DNA from: an uncultured Rivularia sp.
Lineage (GTDB): Bacteria > Cyanobacteriota > Cyanobacteriia > Cyanobacteriales > Nostocaceae
Assembly: GCA_963665115.1 (NCBI GenBank)
Contig: OY762007.1
Coordinates: forward strand, 1,120,001-1,184,000
Reading direction: 5' to 3'
Length of the DNA stretch: 64,000 nucleotides
The position numbers and the translations under genes are program-made. The notes under the pieces were generated by a model, which saw only the letters and a program-made list of their open reading frames with translations, made no database searches and had not been told where the DNA came from. Positions 41,627 through 52,265 of the stretch are shown here, piece by piece; within the stretch, counting starts at the first letter, position 1; every line of letters begins with the position of its first letter.

Positions 41627-42841
41627 ATGCTACTAACAACTCAAAAAACAACACCAGACGCTCTCGGCAGATTTGGAAAATTCGGTGGAAAATATGTACC
41701 GGAAACTTTGATGCCTGCTTTAACTGAATTAGAAACGGCTTATCAAAAGTACCGCAATGACGCGGATTTTCAAAGTGAATTACAAGGATTACTGCGGGAT
41801 TATGTTGGACGCTCTACTCCTTTATATTTTGCCGAAAGACTTACTCAACATTATGCTCGTCCTGACGGTACGGGAGCGCAGATTTACTTAAAGCGAGAAG
41901 ACTTAAATCATACTGGCGCTCATAAAATTAATAATGCTTTAGGACAAGTTTTACTTGCTAAGCGCATGGGCAAACAAAGGATTATTGCGGAAACTGGAGC
42001 CGGACAACACGGTGTTGCAACTGCTACTGTCTGCGCTCGATTCGGTTTGGAATGCATCATTTATATGGGTGTCCACGATATGGAACGACAATCCCTGAAT
42101 GTGTTCCGAATGCGGTTGATGGGTGCGGAAGTTCGTCCGGTGGCAGCGGGAACTGGTACTTTAAAGGATGCGACTTCCCAAGCAATTCGAGATTGGGTAA
42201 CTAATGTTGAAACTACTCATTACATTTTAGGTTCCGTTGCCGGGCCACATCCTTATCCGATGATTGTGCGCGACTTTCAAGCAATAATTGGAAAAGAAAC
42301 TCGTTCTCAAGCTGAAGAAAAATGGGGTGGATTACCCGATATTTTACTGGCTTGTGTTGGTGGTGGTTCTAATGCAATGGGATTATTTCATGAATTTGTG
42401 AGCGACGTTGAGGTACGGTTAATTGGTGTTGAAGCGGCTGGTGAAGGTATTGATACTGATAAACACGCCGCTACTTTGACACTTGGTAAAATAGGTGTTC
42501 TGCATGGAGCAATGAGTTTTGTTTTACAGGATGGAGATGGACAGATTATCGAGCCTTACTCTGTTAGCGCTGGTTTAGATTATCCCGGTGTCGGGCCGGA
42601 ACACAGCTATTTCAAAGAAATAAAACGTGCTGAATATTACAGCGTCACCGATAAACAGGCTTTAGCCGCATTTCAACTGATATCGCAATTAGAAGGAATA
42701 ATTCCCGCTTTAGAAACATCTCATGCAATTGCTTATTTAGAAACACTTTGTCCCCAATTGAGCGGTAATCCTCGAATTGTACTTAACTGTTCTGGCAGGG
42801 GAGATAAAGATGTGCAGACAGTTGTGAAATTATTACAGTGA
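41627..42841 (+). CDS. trpB: Tryptophan synthase beta chain
   Basis: [37 protein letters not shown]. Confidence 0.97.
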   Translation: MLLTTQKTTPDALGRFGKFGGKYVPETLMPALTELETAYQKYRNDADFQSELQGLLRDYVGRSTPLYFAERLTQHYARPDGTGAQIYLKREDLNHTGAHKINNALGQVLLAKRMGKQRIIAETGAGQHGVATATVCARFGLECIIYMGVHDMERQSLNVFRMRLMGAEVRPVAAGTGTLKDATSQAIRDWVTNVETTHYILGSVAGPHPYPMIVRDFQAIIGKETRSQAEEKWGGLPDILLACVGGGSNAMGLFHEFVSDVEVRLIGVEAAGEGIDTDKHAATLTLGKIGVLHGAMSFVLQDGDGQIIEPYSVSAGLDYPGVGPEHSYFKEIKRAEYYSVTDKQALAAFQLISQLEGIIPALETSHAIAYLETLCPQLSGNPRIVLNCSGRGDKDVQTVVKLLQ

Positions 42842-42972
42842 GTAGTTAATAGTTAGGAGTAGTGTAGGTTAAAGGTTAAAGGTGAGCAATTATCTTCCCA
42901 TGCCCAATGCCCCATGCCCAATTACCAATTACCAATTACCAATTACCAATTACCAATTACCAGTTTTCAAAA

Positions 42973-44560
42973 ATGATTAAAAGCTTTAAATTCTTCTTTC
43001 TTCTTTCTTCTTGCTTCTGCTTTCTCTTAACTACTCCTGTCAAAGCAGAATCTGGGATGAGCCAGGTAACGAATGTCAATCAATTAAGCGATGTTCAACC
43101 AACTGATTGGGCGTTTCAAGCTTTGCAATCTTTGGTTGAAAGGTATGGTTGTATTGCTGGATATCCCAACGGCACTTTTCGCGGCAATCGGGCTATGACT
43201 CGTTATGAATTCGCTGCTGGGCTTAATGCTTGTTTGGATAGAGTTAATGAATTGATTGCAACTGCTACTACTGATGTGGTTAGTAGGCAAGATTTAGAAG
43301 TTTTGCAGAGGTTACAGGAAAGTTTTGCTGCTGAATTAGCAACTTTACGCGGTAGGGTAGATGCTTTAGAAGTGCGTAGTGCGGAATTAGAAGCCAATCA
43401 GTTTTCTACAACTACTAAGTTGAGGGGACAAGCAATTTTTGCTGTTAACGGTGGTGGTTTTGATGGGAACAGTATTATTGATGCTGCTGGGAGAACAGTT
43501 GCTAATGATGACCCCAATACCACAATGATATTTAGGGCTGGATTCGATTTAGATACCAGCTTTAACAAAACTGACTTATTAAAAATGCGTTTGGAAGCCG
43601 GAAGCGGTATATTAGGGCCAAACGGCCAACCCGACGGTGGTAGAGATAATGCCGCAGGTTTCTTGGAACCATCTTTCGGAAGTGCTTTGGATTATTCGAT
43701 TAATCCCCCTACAGACAGGGATATCGAGTTATCGAGACTTTATTACACCTTTAAACCCAGTCAAAATTTAGCAGTTACCATCGGGCCCGAGTATGCGTGC
43801 TTCTGATTTTTTAGACTTTAATAGTTATGCCAAACTCAGTTTCCGCGACTTTAGTACTCAAGCCTTTGTTAATAACTATGTAATGTTCCCCATCGAGTTT
43901 CCCAGTGCTGGTGCATTAATTGATTGGAAACCCAATAAAGGAGCTTTTTCCGTCAGGGCTGCTTATACCGCAGCAGATGCAGCAAATCCCAGCAACCAAG
44001 GCGGAATTATTGGCAATGCGCCTTTTATTAACGTACTCTATGACACCCCCAATCCTGGTTCACCTCCCGGAGTTGGAGGGGAGCGGGGTTTATTTGGGGA
44101 TAATTATCAAGGTGTAGTGGAAGTCGAATTTTCCCCTTCAAGGGATTTAGCTTTACGTTTGCAGTATAGCGGTGGAGAAGTATTTGATAACCATTTTGAA
44201 GCAATCGGAGCCAATTTAGAATTAACTCTTGCTAAGAAATTGGGTATATTTGGACGCTATGGTTACAGTAATTATGACAATACTCGGTTCGGCGATATCA
44301 GCCCTAATTATTGGATGGCTGGAGTTGCATTTAGAGACTTATTTACTAGAGGAGCTTTAGCTGGTGTAGCAGTCGGACAGCCTTTTATAGCAAACGAAAT
44401 CGGAAATTCAACCCAGACAAATTACGAAGCATTTTACAACTATCCAATTAGCCGCAACGTGCAAATTACACCCACACTGCAAATAATTGAAAACGCCGCC
44501 AATCAAGATGCTAACGGAACGATTTATACCGGAACGCTGCGGACTACTTTTTCGTTTTAG
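42973..44560 (+). CDS. SLH-anchored OprB-type cyanobacterial porin; +1 frameshift near 43790
   Basis: SDVQPTDWAFQALQSLVERYGC.AGYP, QFSTTTKL, C-terminal GTLRTTFSF. Confidence 0.92.
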
Positions 44561-44888
44561 AGAGGGGGGAGAGGGGGAGACATTATTAAAGTAGTGAGTA
44601 GTGAGTAGTGAGTAGTGAGTAATGAGTAATAAGTAGTGAGTAGTGAGTAGTGAGTAATGAGTAACAAGTAGTGAGTAGTGAGTAGTGAGTAATGAGTAAC
44701 AAGTAGTGAGTAGTGAGTAGTGAGTAGTGAGTAATGAGTAATAAGTAGTGAGTAGTGAGTAATGAGTAATAAGTAGTGAGTAGTGAGTAGTGAGTAATAA
44801 GTAAAAATAGACGGGCAGAAGTACCGACATTTATGAAAATAATAAAAAAGTGATTTACTTGCTACTCTCTACTCCCTACTCCCTACTC
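44561..44888. repeat. Composite heptamer-armed element, copy 2
   Basis: Same GGGGAGA.ATTATTAAAGTAGT entry, arms and core as 2506-2859. Confidence 0.9.
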
Positions 44889-44924
44889 AATACTATTCCC
44901 AATGCCCAATTACCAAATATAAAA

Positions 44925-45989
44925 ATGATTCAAACTTTAACAAAAAATTGGTCTACATTTTTGCAACAGTTACTTTCGGGTGAATCTCTGGAAGTTTCTC
45001 AAGCTGCGGATTTAATGCAGGGTTGGCTAACTCAAAGTATTCCGGATGTGTTGTCTGGTGCGATTATTACGGCTATTCAAGCGAAAGGTGTTTCTGTTGA
45101 AGAGTTGTTGGGAATGGTGGAGGTTTTACATTCTCAATCGGTAAAACCGGATAGTGAAATTATTATCGGGGATTTACCTTTTATTGATACTTGCGGAACT
45201 GGTGGAGATGGAGCTTCAACCTTTAATATTTCTACAGCGGTTGCTTTTGTCACGGCTGCTTGTGGTGTGAAGGTTGCTAAACATGGTAATCGTTCTTCTT
45301 CGGGTAAAACTGGTTCTGCTGATGTGTTGGAAGCTTTGGGTGTTAATCTTAAAGCCGATACCCAAAAAGCTACAGCTGCTTTAGAATCTGTGGGAATAAC
45401 CTTTTTATTTGCACACAATTGGCATCCAGCATTAAAGGCGATCGCACCATTACGAAAAACTCTCAAAGTCCGCACTGTATTTAATTTACTCGGTCCTTTA
45501 CTCAATCCTCTCAAACCTACGGGACAAGTTATTGGCGTTAATAGTCCGGTTTTGATCGAAACCTTTGCTAAAGTACTGCATAACTTGGGAACTCGTCGCG
45601 GTGTTGTACTCCACGGTAGGGAAAAATTAGACGAAGCAGGCTTGGGAGATAAAACAGATTTAGCAGTTTTATCCAACGGAGAAATAGAGATAGTGGAATT
45701 AGAACCCGAAGAATTGGGTATTAGTGCAGCACCTATTAGCAGCATCAAAGGTGGGGAAGTTGCAGAAAATGCACATATCCTAAAAGCTGTTTTGCAAGGT
45801 AAAGGAACTCAGCAGCAGCAAGATGTAGTAGCTTTAAATGCTGCTTTGGCATTGTATGTGGGTGAAGCTGTTGCAGATAAAGGTGATCATTCGCAGACTT
45901 TTGCCGATGCTGTGGTATTAGCGAAAGATGCGTTGAATAGTGGGGAGCCTTGGCGAAAATTGGAAGAATTAGCGGGGTTTTTGAAGTAG
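44925..45989 (+). CDS. trpD: Anthranilate phosphoribosyltransferase
   Basis: [38 protein letters not shown]. Confidence 0.96.
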   Translation: MIQTLTKNWSTFLQQLLSGESLEVSQAADLMQGWLTQSIPDVLSGAIITAIQAKGVSVEELLGMVEVLHSQSVKPDSEIIIGDLPFIDTCGTGGDGASTFNISTAVAFVTAACGVKVAKHGNRSSSGKTGSADVLEALGVNLKADTQKATAALESVGITFLFAHNWHPALKAIAPLRKTLKVRTVFNLLGPLLNPLKPTGQVIGVNSPVLIETFAKVLHNLGTRRGVVLHGREKLDEAGLGDKTDLAVLSNGEIEIVELEPEELGISAAPISSIKGGEVAENAHILKAVLQGKGTQQQQDVVALNAALALYVGEAVADKGDHSQTFADAVVLAKDALNSGEPWRKLEELAGFLK

Positions 45990-46268
45990 TTTATTGAATA
46001 ATAAATCCCGAAATGATGTAGAGACGGCGTGCACAGTGCAACGTCTCTATTTTATTGTTTTTTAATGCCAATCAAAATGTTTTTCTAAATTTATTTTAAT
46101 ATACTATTTTGCTTGCTTTGCCTGTAAATAAAGTCCAATTGGCAAGACAATTAAATCAAAATATGAAATTCTTCTATTAAATATAAATTTTAGTTTTGCA
46201 GCAAAATTTTAAGTTAAGACTGCATAATTGAACCAAAATTCACCTATAGAATTAATAGGACAAACTAT

Positions 46269-46471
46269 TAGACATCTCCGGAAATCAATAAGAACCCCTC
46301 TCCATGAACGCGTTCACGCCTTCGGCGTGCGGCTCAGCGTTTTCTCGTAGAGTACCTCTCCCCCACAGGGAGAGAGGCTTAATTTTCCCCCTTCCCTCGT
46401 AGGGAAGGGGGTTAGGGGGTTAGGTTTTACCGAAAAGTTGAAACCATACAAATGTTTTCCGGAGATGTCTA
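46269..46471. mobile_element. MITE with 16-bp terminal inverted repeats TAGACATCTCCGGAAA
   Basis: Perfect inverted ends at 46269-46284 and 46456-46471; internal CCCCTCTCC-family hairpins. Confidence 0.75.
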
Positions 46472-46511
46472 TTCAATCAAAACAATTAATAAGCAGATCG
46501 GGAAATCAAAT

Positions 46512-48071
46512 ATGTCACCTAAATTCAAGCGTCGTCAATTCCTTCAAGCTTCGTTAGCAGCTACTGCAAGTATAGGTGCTTACAACCTTCGTACTTTTGC
46601 CGAGCGCTCAGAAGAACGTGTAGAAGCTGTAGTTATCGGTAGCGGTTTTGGTGGAGCAGTAGCTTCCTTAAGGCTTGCTCAAGCAGGAATTGAAACAGTT
46701 GTACTGGAGCGCGGACGACGATGGGAAATCACTGACGCGGGTGATACTTTTTCTACCTATGAAAAACCTGATGGTCGCTCTACTTGGTTGAGTCCAACTA
46801 CAATTATTTCCGGAGAAACTCCCATTGATGTGTATACAGGAGTTCTGGATATTAAGGTAGGTGATGGGGTTAGTGCCTTACGGGGAGCGGGTGTAGGTGG
46901 TGGCTCCCTTGTATATAATGCTGTTACCTATCAGCCAACTGAAGAACTTTTCTACAGAGCTTTTCCACGGAACATAAATTACGAAGAACTCGATAGAGTT
47001 TATTATCCAAGGGTGCGTTCGATTCTTAAACCGTCCCTCATACCCGATGATATCCTTGAAAGTCCATTTTATTTAACCAGTCGTATAGTTTTAGAGCAAG
47101 CAGCAAAGGCGAATTTAACAGCTCGCAAAGTTGATATGAATGTTGATTGGGATATTGTTCGTCAGGAAATTGCCGGTACAAAAGTTCGGAGTGCGATCGA
47201 TGGTCAAGTATACTATGGCATCAATAGTGGAGCAAAACAAAGTTTAGACCGTAATTACCTTTCGATGGCAGAGGCTACTGGTTTCGTTGAGATACGACCT
47301 TTGCATATGGTAATGGAGATAGAGGAAGTAAATCGCGGGCGTTTCCGTATAATAAGCAATCAAATCGACGAGCAAGGAAATGTAGTTGCACAGAAAAATA
47401 TTGTTTGTAAATATCTATTTTTAGCAGCTGGTTCTATTGGAACTACAGAACTTTTATTACGTGCTAAAAATAATCGTAAATTGCGCCGTCTCAACAACCA
47501 ATTAGGAAAACGATGGGGAACTAATGGAGATACGGTTGGTGCTGTCCTTACTTCAATGCAAACCAATCCCACAGAGGGGGGACCTGGGGCTACAGTAATT
47601 GAAGACTTCGACAACCCGATAACTCCTTTGGTATTTGAACAAGTTCCTTTTCCTGGTTTACCGGAAGGCGTTTATAGTGGTGTAAGTCTTGCTATGACAA
47701 CGCCGGAGGGTTCTCTAATTTATAATCCTTCTACTAAAACAGCCGATTTAGTTTGGCCTGAGAATTCAGCCAACAATCAAAAAATTAAACAGGCTAATCT
47801 TGATTTTTTCCAACGACTAAACGAAGCTAACGGTACAACTTTAGCTCAACAACCAGATGATAGTCTTACCGCTCATCCCCTTGGTGGTGCAACAATCGGC
47901 GCTGTATGCAGTCCTTACGGTAGAGTTCGCGGTTATCGTAATTTGTTTGTTGTTGATGGTGCTTTTATCCCTGGCTCTACAGCCTGCGCCAACCCTTCTC
48001 TTACCATTGCGGCTTTAGCGGAGCGTAATATGGATAGATTTCTTAATAGATACCGCAAACGCGATTGTTAA
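46512..48071 (+). CDS. Tat-exported GMC oxidoreductase, cholesterol-oxidase-like
   Basis: KRRQFL Tat motif; VIGSGFGG, LERGRRW, GVGGGSLVY, KQSLDRNYL, WGTNG, HPLGG, VVDGA, NPSLTI.ALAER. Confidence 0.85.
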   Translation: MSPKFKRRQFLQASLAATASIGAYNLRTFAERSEERVEAVVIGSGFGGAVASLRLAQAGIETVVLERGRRWEITDAGDTFSTYEKPDGRSTWLSPTTIISGETPIDVYTGVLDIKVGDGVSALRGAGVGGGSLVYNAVTYQPTEELFYRAFPRNINYEELDRVYYPRVRSILKPSLIPDDILESPFYLTSRIVLEQAAKANLTARKVDMNVDWDIVRQEIAGTKVRSAIDGQVYYGINSGAKQSLDRNYLSMAEATGFVEIRPLHMVMEIEEVNRGRFRIISNQIDEQGNVVAQKNIVCKYLFLAAGSIGTTELLLRAKNNRKLRRLNNQLGKRWGTNGDTVGAVLTSMQTNPTEGGPGATVIEDFDNPITPLVFEQVPFPGLPEGVYSGVSLAMTTPEGSLIYNPSTKTADLVWPENSANNQKIKQANLDFFQRLNEANGTTLAQQPDDSLTAHPLGGATIGAVCSPYGRVRGYRNLFVVDGAFIPGSTACANPSLTIAALAERNMDRFLNRYRKRDC

Positions 48072-48308
48072 GCAGTAATTAGCATTTTTGGCAAATTAAT
48101 TTGTACAGACGCTACATTGTAATGTCTGTATTATTTTGGGATATCGCAGATTATTTTTTCAACGCGGAGGATAATACAGAGTTTTAGGTTGGTTATTTTT
48201 AACTGTTCCGGTAAGGGAATAAAATAAAAGGAGATCGCTCTCATGTGATAAAGTGATGTAGCAATCTTTAACCAACCTTTCTCAAGTCTCTAAAGTATTA
48301 AAAACAAG

Positions 48309-48698
48309 ATGAATAAATTTTCCGGCTTAATTTTAATTCTGTATATAATGATTATGGGATGCGGTCGCAATACTATAAATAACAACCCCGTTCCCGAAAA
48401 TACCAACAATACTACAACTAACACTTCTAGCCCTAAAACCATCGAACTTTACGTTGACTCTAAGCGGGTTGATTGTGTTGGTGTTGCTCCCCAAAAGTGC
48501 CTGCGTACAAGAACAGATCCTAATAGTGAATGGCAATTTTTCTATAACGATATTGAGGGATTTGATTATGAAGAAGGATTTATCTATAAGCTGAAAGTTA
48601 ATACATTCGATGTAGAGAATCCACCCGCAGATGCATCGTCAATTCGCTATGAATTAAATGAAGTTATTAGCAAAACAGCGGTTGAGAATAGTAATTAG
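48309..48698 (+). CDS. DUF4377 lipoprotein
   Basis: Lipobox IMG-C; VDCVGVAPQKCL...IEGFDYEEG..Y.L.V...NPPADASS. Confidence 0.88.
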   Translation: MNKFSGLILILYIMIMGCGRNTINNNPVPENTNNTTTNTSSPKTIELYVDSKRVDCVGVAPQKCLRTRTDPNSEWQFFYNDIEGFDYEEGFIYKLKVNTFDVENPPADASSIRYELNEVISKTAVENSN

Positions 48699-48867
48699 TT
48701 TTAGTATAAAATAAGTTTTATACTAAAATTAAAATAAATTAATTAAATAAGCTTTTATCCAACGATCCGATAATTAAATAAATGATTCGCTGCTCGATTG
48801 TTGTTGAAGCGTGAAAATTAACTGTTCCTTTATCTGGAATAATAGCGGAGTTCAAAATACTGATGCT

Positions 48868-49043
48868 CCAATGTTGGGTTACGACGCGATATCAATTTTT
48901 GGTTATAATTTATTCTTTTTCGTGCGTCTAACCCAACCTACAAAGAACTGTTGCGGTAAGCGAATAAAACATAATTAAAATACCAATAATCCAATGTTGG
49001 GTTACGACGCGATACTCTTATCCGTGTATCTAACCCAACCTAC
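48868..49043. repeat. Two GTTGGGTTACGACGC...TAACCCAAC palindromic elements
   Basis: Copies at about 48868-48940 and 48991-49043. Confidence 0.75.
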
Positions 49044-49052
49044 GAGAATACT

Positions 49053-50228
49053 TTATAAATACAAAGCTTCATATTCATAATCATCGGATATGGGTTCTGT
49101 TTTCCATACCAAACCTTCTTCTTCTTCACCTAAAGCAATATCTACATAAAGTCTTTCTACGGGTTTTTTGGCTTGGGCTTGGTTGCCGTCGAATGGCTGT
49201 AAGTCTTCTGTTAATAACATTAATTTTACGCCGACGGGAATCATTTCTCCCACGGCGGCAGGTCGTAATTCAAAGCGCCAGGTTCTATTTTGAATTTCAC
49301 CTTTTGCTTTTACTGATAGTTCGTATTCCGAACCCGAGATAGTAATCCTTTTAATTAATGTTGGTAGCTGTACTGGTGCTGCTATTCCTCTGGCACCTGC
49401 TAAATTTTGTTGTAGATCTGCGCTTGCCCAACCAAATGTTTGTGCAAATTCGGAAACTCCGTTTTGCATCCATTGGCGAATTGACCACTGTCTTTGCATT
49501 CCTTGACGTTTTTCGTACAATCCCTGTCTCCAGGCTCCATGCTCTAACAGCGCTCCCCATGAACTAAAAGGTATTTCTTGACGGGGGTTGATTAATTGGG
49601 GATTTCCTAAACGAGTTATTAAGTTTTCTGCTTGGGTTGTAGATAATTCCGCCATCGGAACAGTTTCATTTTTAGTGATTTCTTCGGGACAAAGTTGACG
49701 CGATATCCATAAAATACTTAAGTTGGAAATTAAATCTTCTTTGTCTAAACAATAAGCTTTTTCGTTAGCGTCGTAAGTTGCTTTTTCTTTTAAATTTACT
49801 TGGGATGTATAACCCCAAATTCTGATATATCCTTCTTCTACATTTACCTGTACTGCTACATAATAATCGGCGCTCCATTTGGGAATGTCTACCCATTCTT
49901 GAGGAATTCTTAATTCCGATATATCAAGAGCTTCGCTGGGAATCAATACCAATTTTTTATCGTTAAAAGAAATTCCCGTTCCGTTGGTAACTTCCCAAAT
50001 GCTTGGTAATGTTGCAGAGTTAGGAAATACTTTTGCGTCTGAAGAGTGTTCTTCTTTTAACCAAGGTAAAAATGCTTTTAAGCTTAAGCGGTTGAGATAA
50101 GCCATCCAACGACGATTGTCTGTAGAAAAGGCTTGGCTCTGCTCCCAAATTTTGCTTTGTTGCTCTTCGGGAATTTCCAACCATAGGTTTGTAGGATTGT
50201 TTAAAGTCAGCGTTTCTAAGTCAATCAT
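49053..50228 (-). CDS. DUF1822 family protein
   Basis: RWMAYLNRL...W; ELRIPQEWVDIP.W.ADYYVAVQV...IWGY; directly downstream of the sigma-like gene. Confidence 0.88.
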   Translation of the reverse strand: MIDLETLTLNNPTNLWLEIPEEQQSKIWEQSQAFSTDNRRWMAYLNRLSLKAFLPWLKEEHSSDAKVFPNSATLPSIWEVTNGTGISFNDKKLVLIPSEALDISELRIPQEWVDIPKWSADYYVAVQVNVEEGYIRIWGYTSQVNLKEKATYDANEKAYCLDKEDLISNLSILWISRQLCPEEITKNETVPMAELSTTQAENLITRLGNPQLINPRQEIPFSSWGALLEHGAWRQGLYEKRQGMQRQWSIRQWMQNGVSEFAQTFGWASADLQQNLAGARGIAAPVQLPTLIKRITISGSEYELSVKAKGEIQNRTWRFELRPAAVGEMIPVGVKLMLLTEDLQPFDGNQAQAKKPVERLYVDIALGEEEEGLVWKTEPISDDYEYEALYL

Positions 50229-50287
50229 AATTGCGGGCTTCCTTTTGATAATAATACGATTAATGTAAATTTATTTCTTTGTTCAAT

Positions 50288-51482
50288 TCAATTTAACTCT
50301 TGAGGTTTATAGTAGTTTTGTAGCCACTCCTCTAAAACTGTACTCATATAATCTAGTACCGACGAGTCTAAGGAAATATGCATCGATTCTTTTGTCCAAG
50401 TTGCTAGCTTGATTAGTAACATATCTTTACATTTACTGAGCTTACGAGAAATAGTGTATTGTTTTACTCCTAGTTCTTTCGCTATCTGGGATTGGTTTAA
50501 GTCTCCCCGGTAATAGTATTTGATGATATTTTGACCTTGCTCATCTAGCTCCCCGATGGCAGTGATTAATACATCACCGATCTTCGATTGCTGCGATTTT
50601 CGTTCTTCAATTTCTTCTTGAACTTCAATTTGCGAAAGTAAAGAATCTTGCCTGAGTTGCGGTAAAATATCTTGAAATTCTCCCGAATTATCTCCGGTAG
50701 TTGCATTCAAGGAAGTCATGTTGGGATAAAGATAAGCTCGTATTGCTTTAGCACAAGCAACCAAACATTTCTCTGCGGTTTCACCTTTACATTCGGGGGC
50801 CACTTTGAGAAAGTTGATGACGCTCTTTGTTATAAAGTTGAGCGATGCTTTGCCATACAGCATCATCGGGCTTTGCTAGTTTGCGAGTTCCCTTTTCTTT
50901 CCGGGGAGCGTACAAAGCTTGATAGGATTTCCATACAAGTACGTACCTTTCGACAATTTGGGGACTTAATCCAGCATTTTCTAAAGATTCTATCAAGCGT
51001 TTTTGAGTTACTTTTCGCAACAATCGCCAATCTGTGGAAATATCAACTTCTTTTTGCTGACGCAGTAATTCTTTTAATTCGCTGCTGAATATGGCGCTGG
51101 CGTAGTTTTTGATATTAAAACCCATATTGGGCTTAAAACCTTGCAATACTTTATCAGTTTTAGTGGCGATCGCTTGGAAGCAATCTGACAAAGTATATTG
51201 TCCACTTGAGAAATTAGTCGCTGTTTTATTGGCTGCCCAATAGCAAACTTCCTGTAAGTAAGCCGTTAAATGTCCGCTTGCTAAATTTTGGCTTTGAGAT
51301 TGCCATTCTTTGTACCAGTAAGACACCCAGAAATCTTCAGAATCTTCAGGCTTTGATAATTTTTGCTGACAATTGGTAATATTTCGCCGCAATCTACCAT
51401 CGCTAGCCCAACCGATGGCTCTATCTGCATCAAATTGCAGAAAAGTTGCAAATAATTCAGTTATTCCTTGACGAGAACGCAT
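50288..51482 (-). CDS. Sigma-70-family (HetZ-related) factor; +1 frameshift near 50795
   Basis: FATFLQF, GHLTAYLQEVCYW, W.LLRK; region-4 HTH YYRGDLNQSQIAKELGVKQYTISRKL. The two ORFs join at TTCGGGGGCCAC. Confidence 0.82.
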
Positions 51483-51702
51483 AAATTTTACCACTCACGA
51501 ATGCATTATTACATCATATATACAGGAATTTATATAGTATATGCAGTTTTGTACTGTATCGACTATTGTAGATTCCTTGTTTTTAAAAGATTTAAAAATT
51601 TTATCTTTGATTATTTATGATTAAATTGTTACGAAAGAGTCAATTTTGTCAATACTTCTGAATAGGTAATTTTCAAGAAAGTGGAAAATTGGGATGCTCA
51701 AC

Positions 51703-51729
51703 TGCATAATTGACTAAATCTTCCCCCAT
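51703..51729 (+). promoter_or_regulatory. TGCATAA-N14-CCCCAT motif, divergent from the sigma gene and facing the caspase gene
   Basis: Read directly. Confidence 0.55.
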
Positions 51730-51781
51730 AGTATTAGTAGGGAACTATTACAGAAGTTGTAAAAAGCAAATGCTTAAAACT

Positions 51782-51888
51782 TACAGCATATTTAGTTTTG
51801 GTGAAGTACATTCTGACGGGCAGGGATGCCCATCCCACAAGACTTTCGGAATATAGTTTTGTACCTCATTTAGCTGCAAAGGGCTGTA
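51782..51888. mobile_element. MITE-like element (TACAGC...GCTGTA ends; TGTACCTCAT arm); related sequence at 35708-35793
   Basis: Inverted ends and a shared GAGGTACA/TGTACCTC arm. Confidence 0.55.
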
Positions 51889-52265
51889 TTTTAATTATTG
51901 ACGACGGTTGCTTGGCAATGCAAATGTATGGTTCTTTGCTCCCGTTGTAACTATAAATATCCTATTGCTAAATATTCTTCCCTACTTCTTCTCGATTGCT
52001 GATTATCTTTAAACTATGGAAAATTTGATAGTTGAATCGTCAAAGCAAAGTTATAGAAAAGTTGAGTCGATTGTGACGAAGGATATTCCCTCATTTTTCT
52101 ATATGGATTGTTTATAATTCGAGTTATATAACTATAAATGCGATCTATTAAATTTATATTAAAATTTTGTGAAACATATTGAAAAAAGCAGGTTTATATG
52201 TGATAGCGGTTCAACTGGTGACGTTTTCCTAACTGTAGAAGAAGATTATTAGAGGTTTAGTAATT

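Noticed and set aside
34116..45989. Scytonemin gene cluster
   Set aside because: No scyA-F, tyrA, tyrosinase or ebo genes were recognised; only the aro/trp supply genes are similar.
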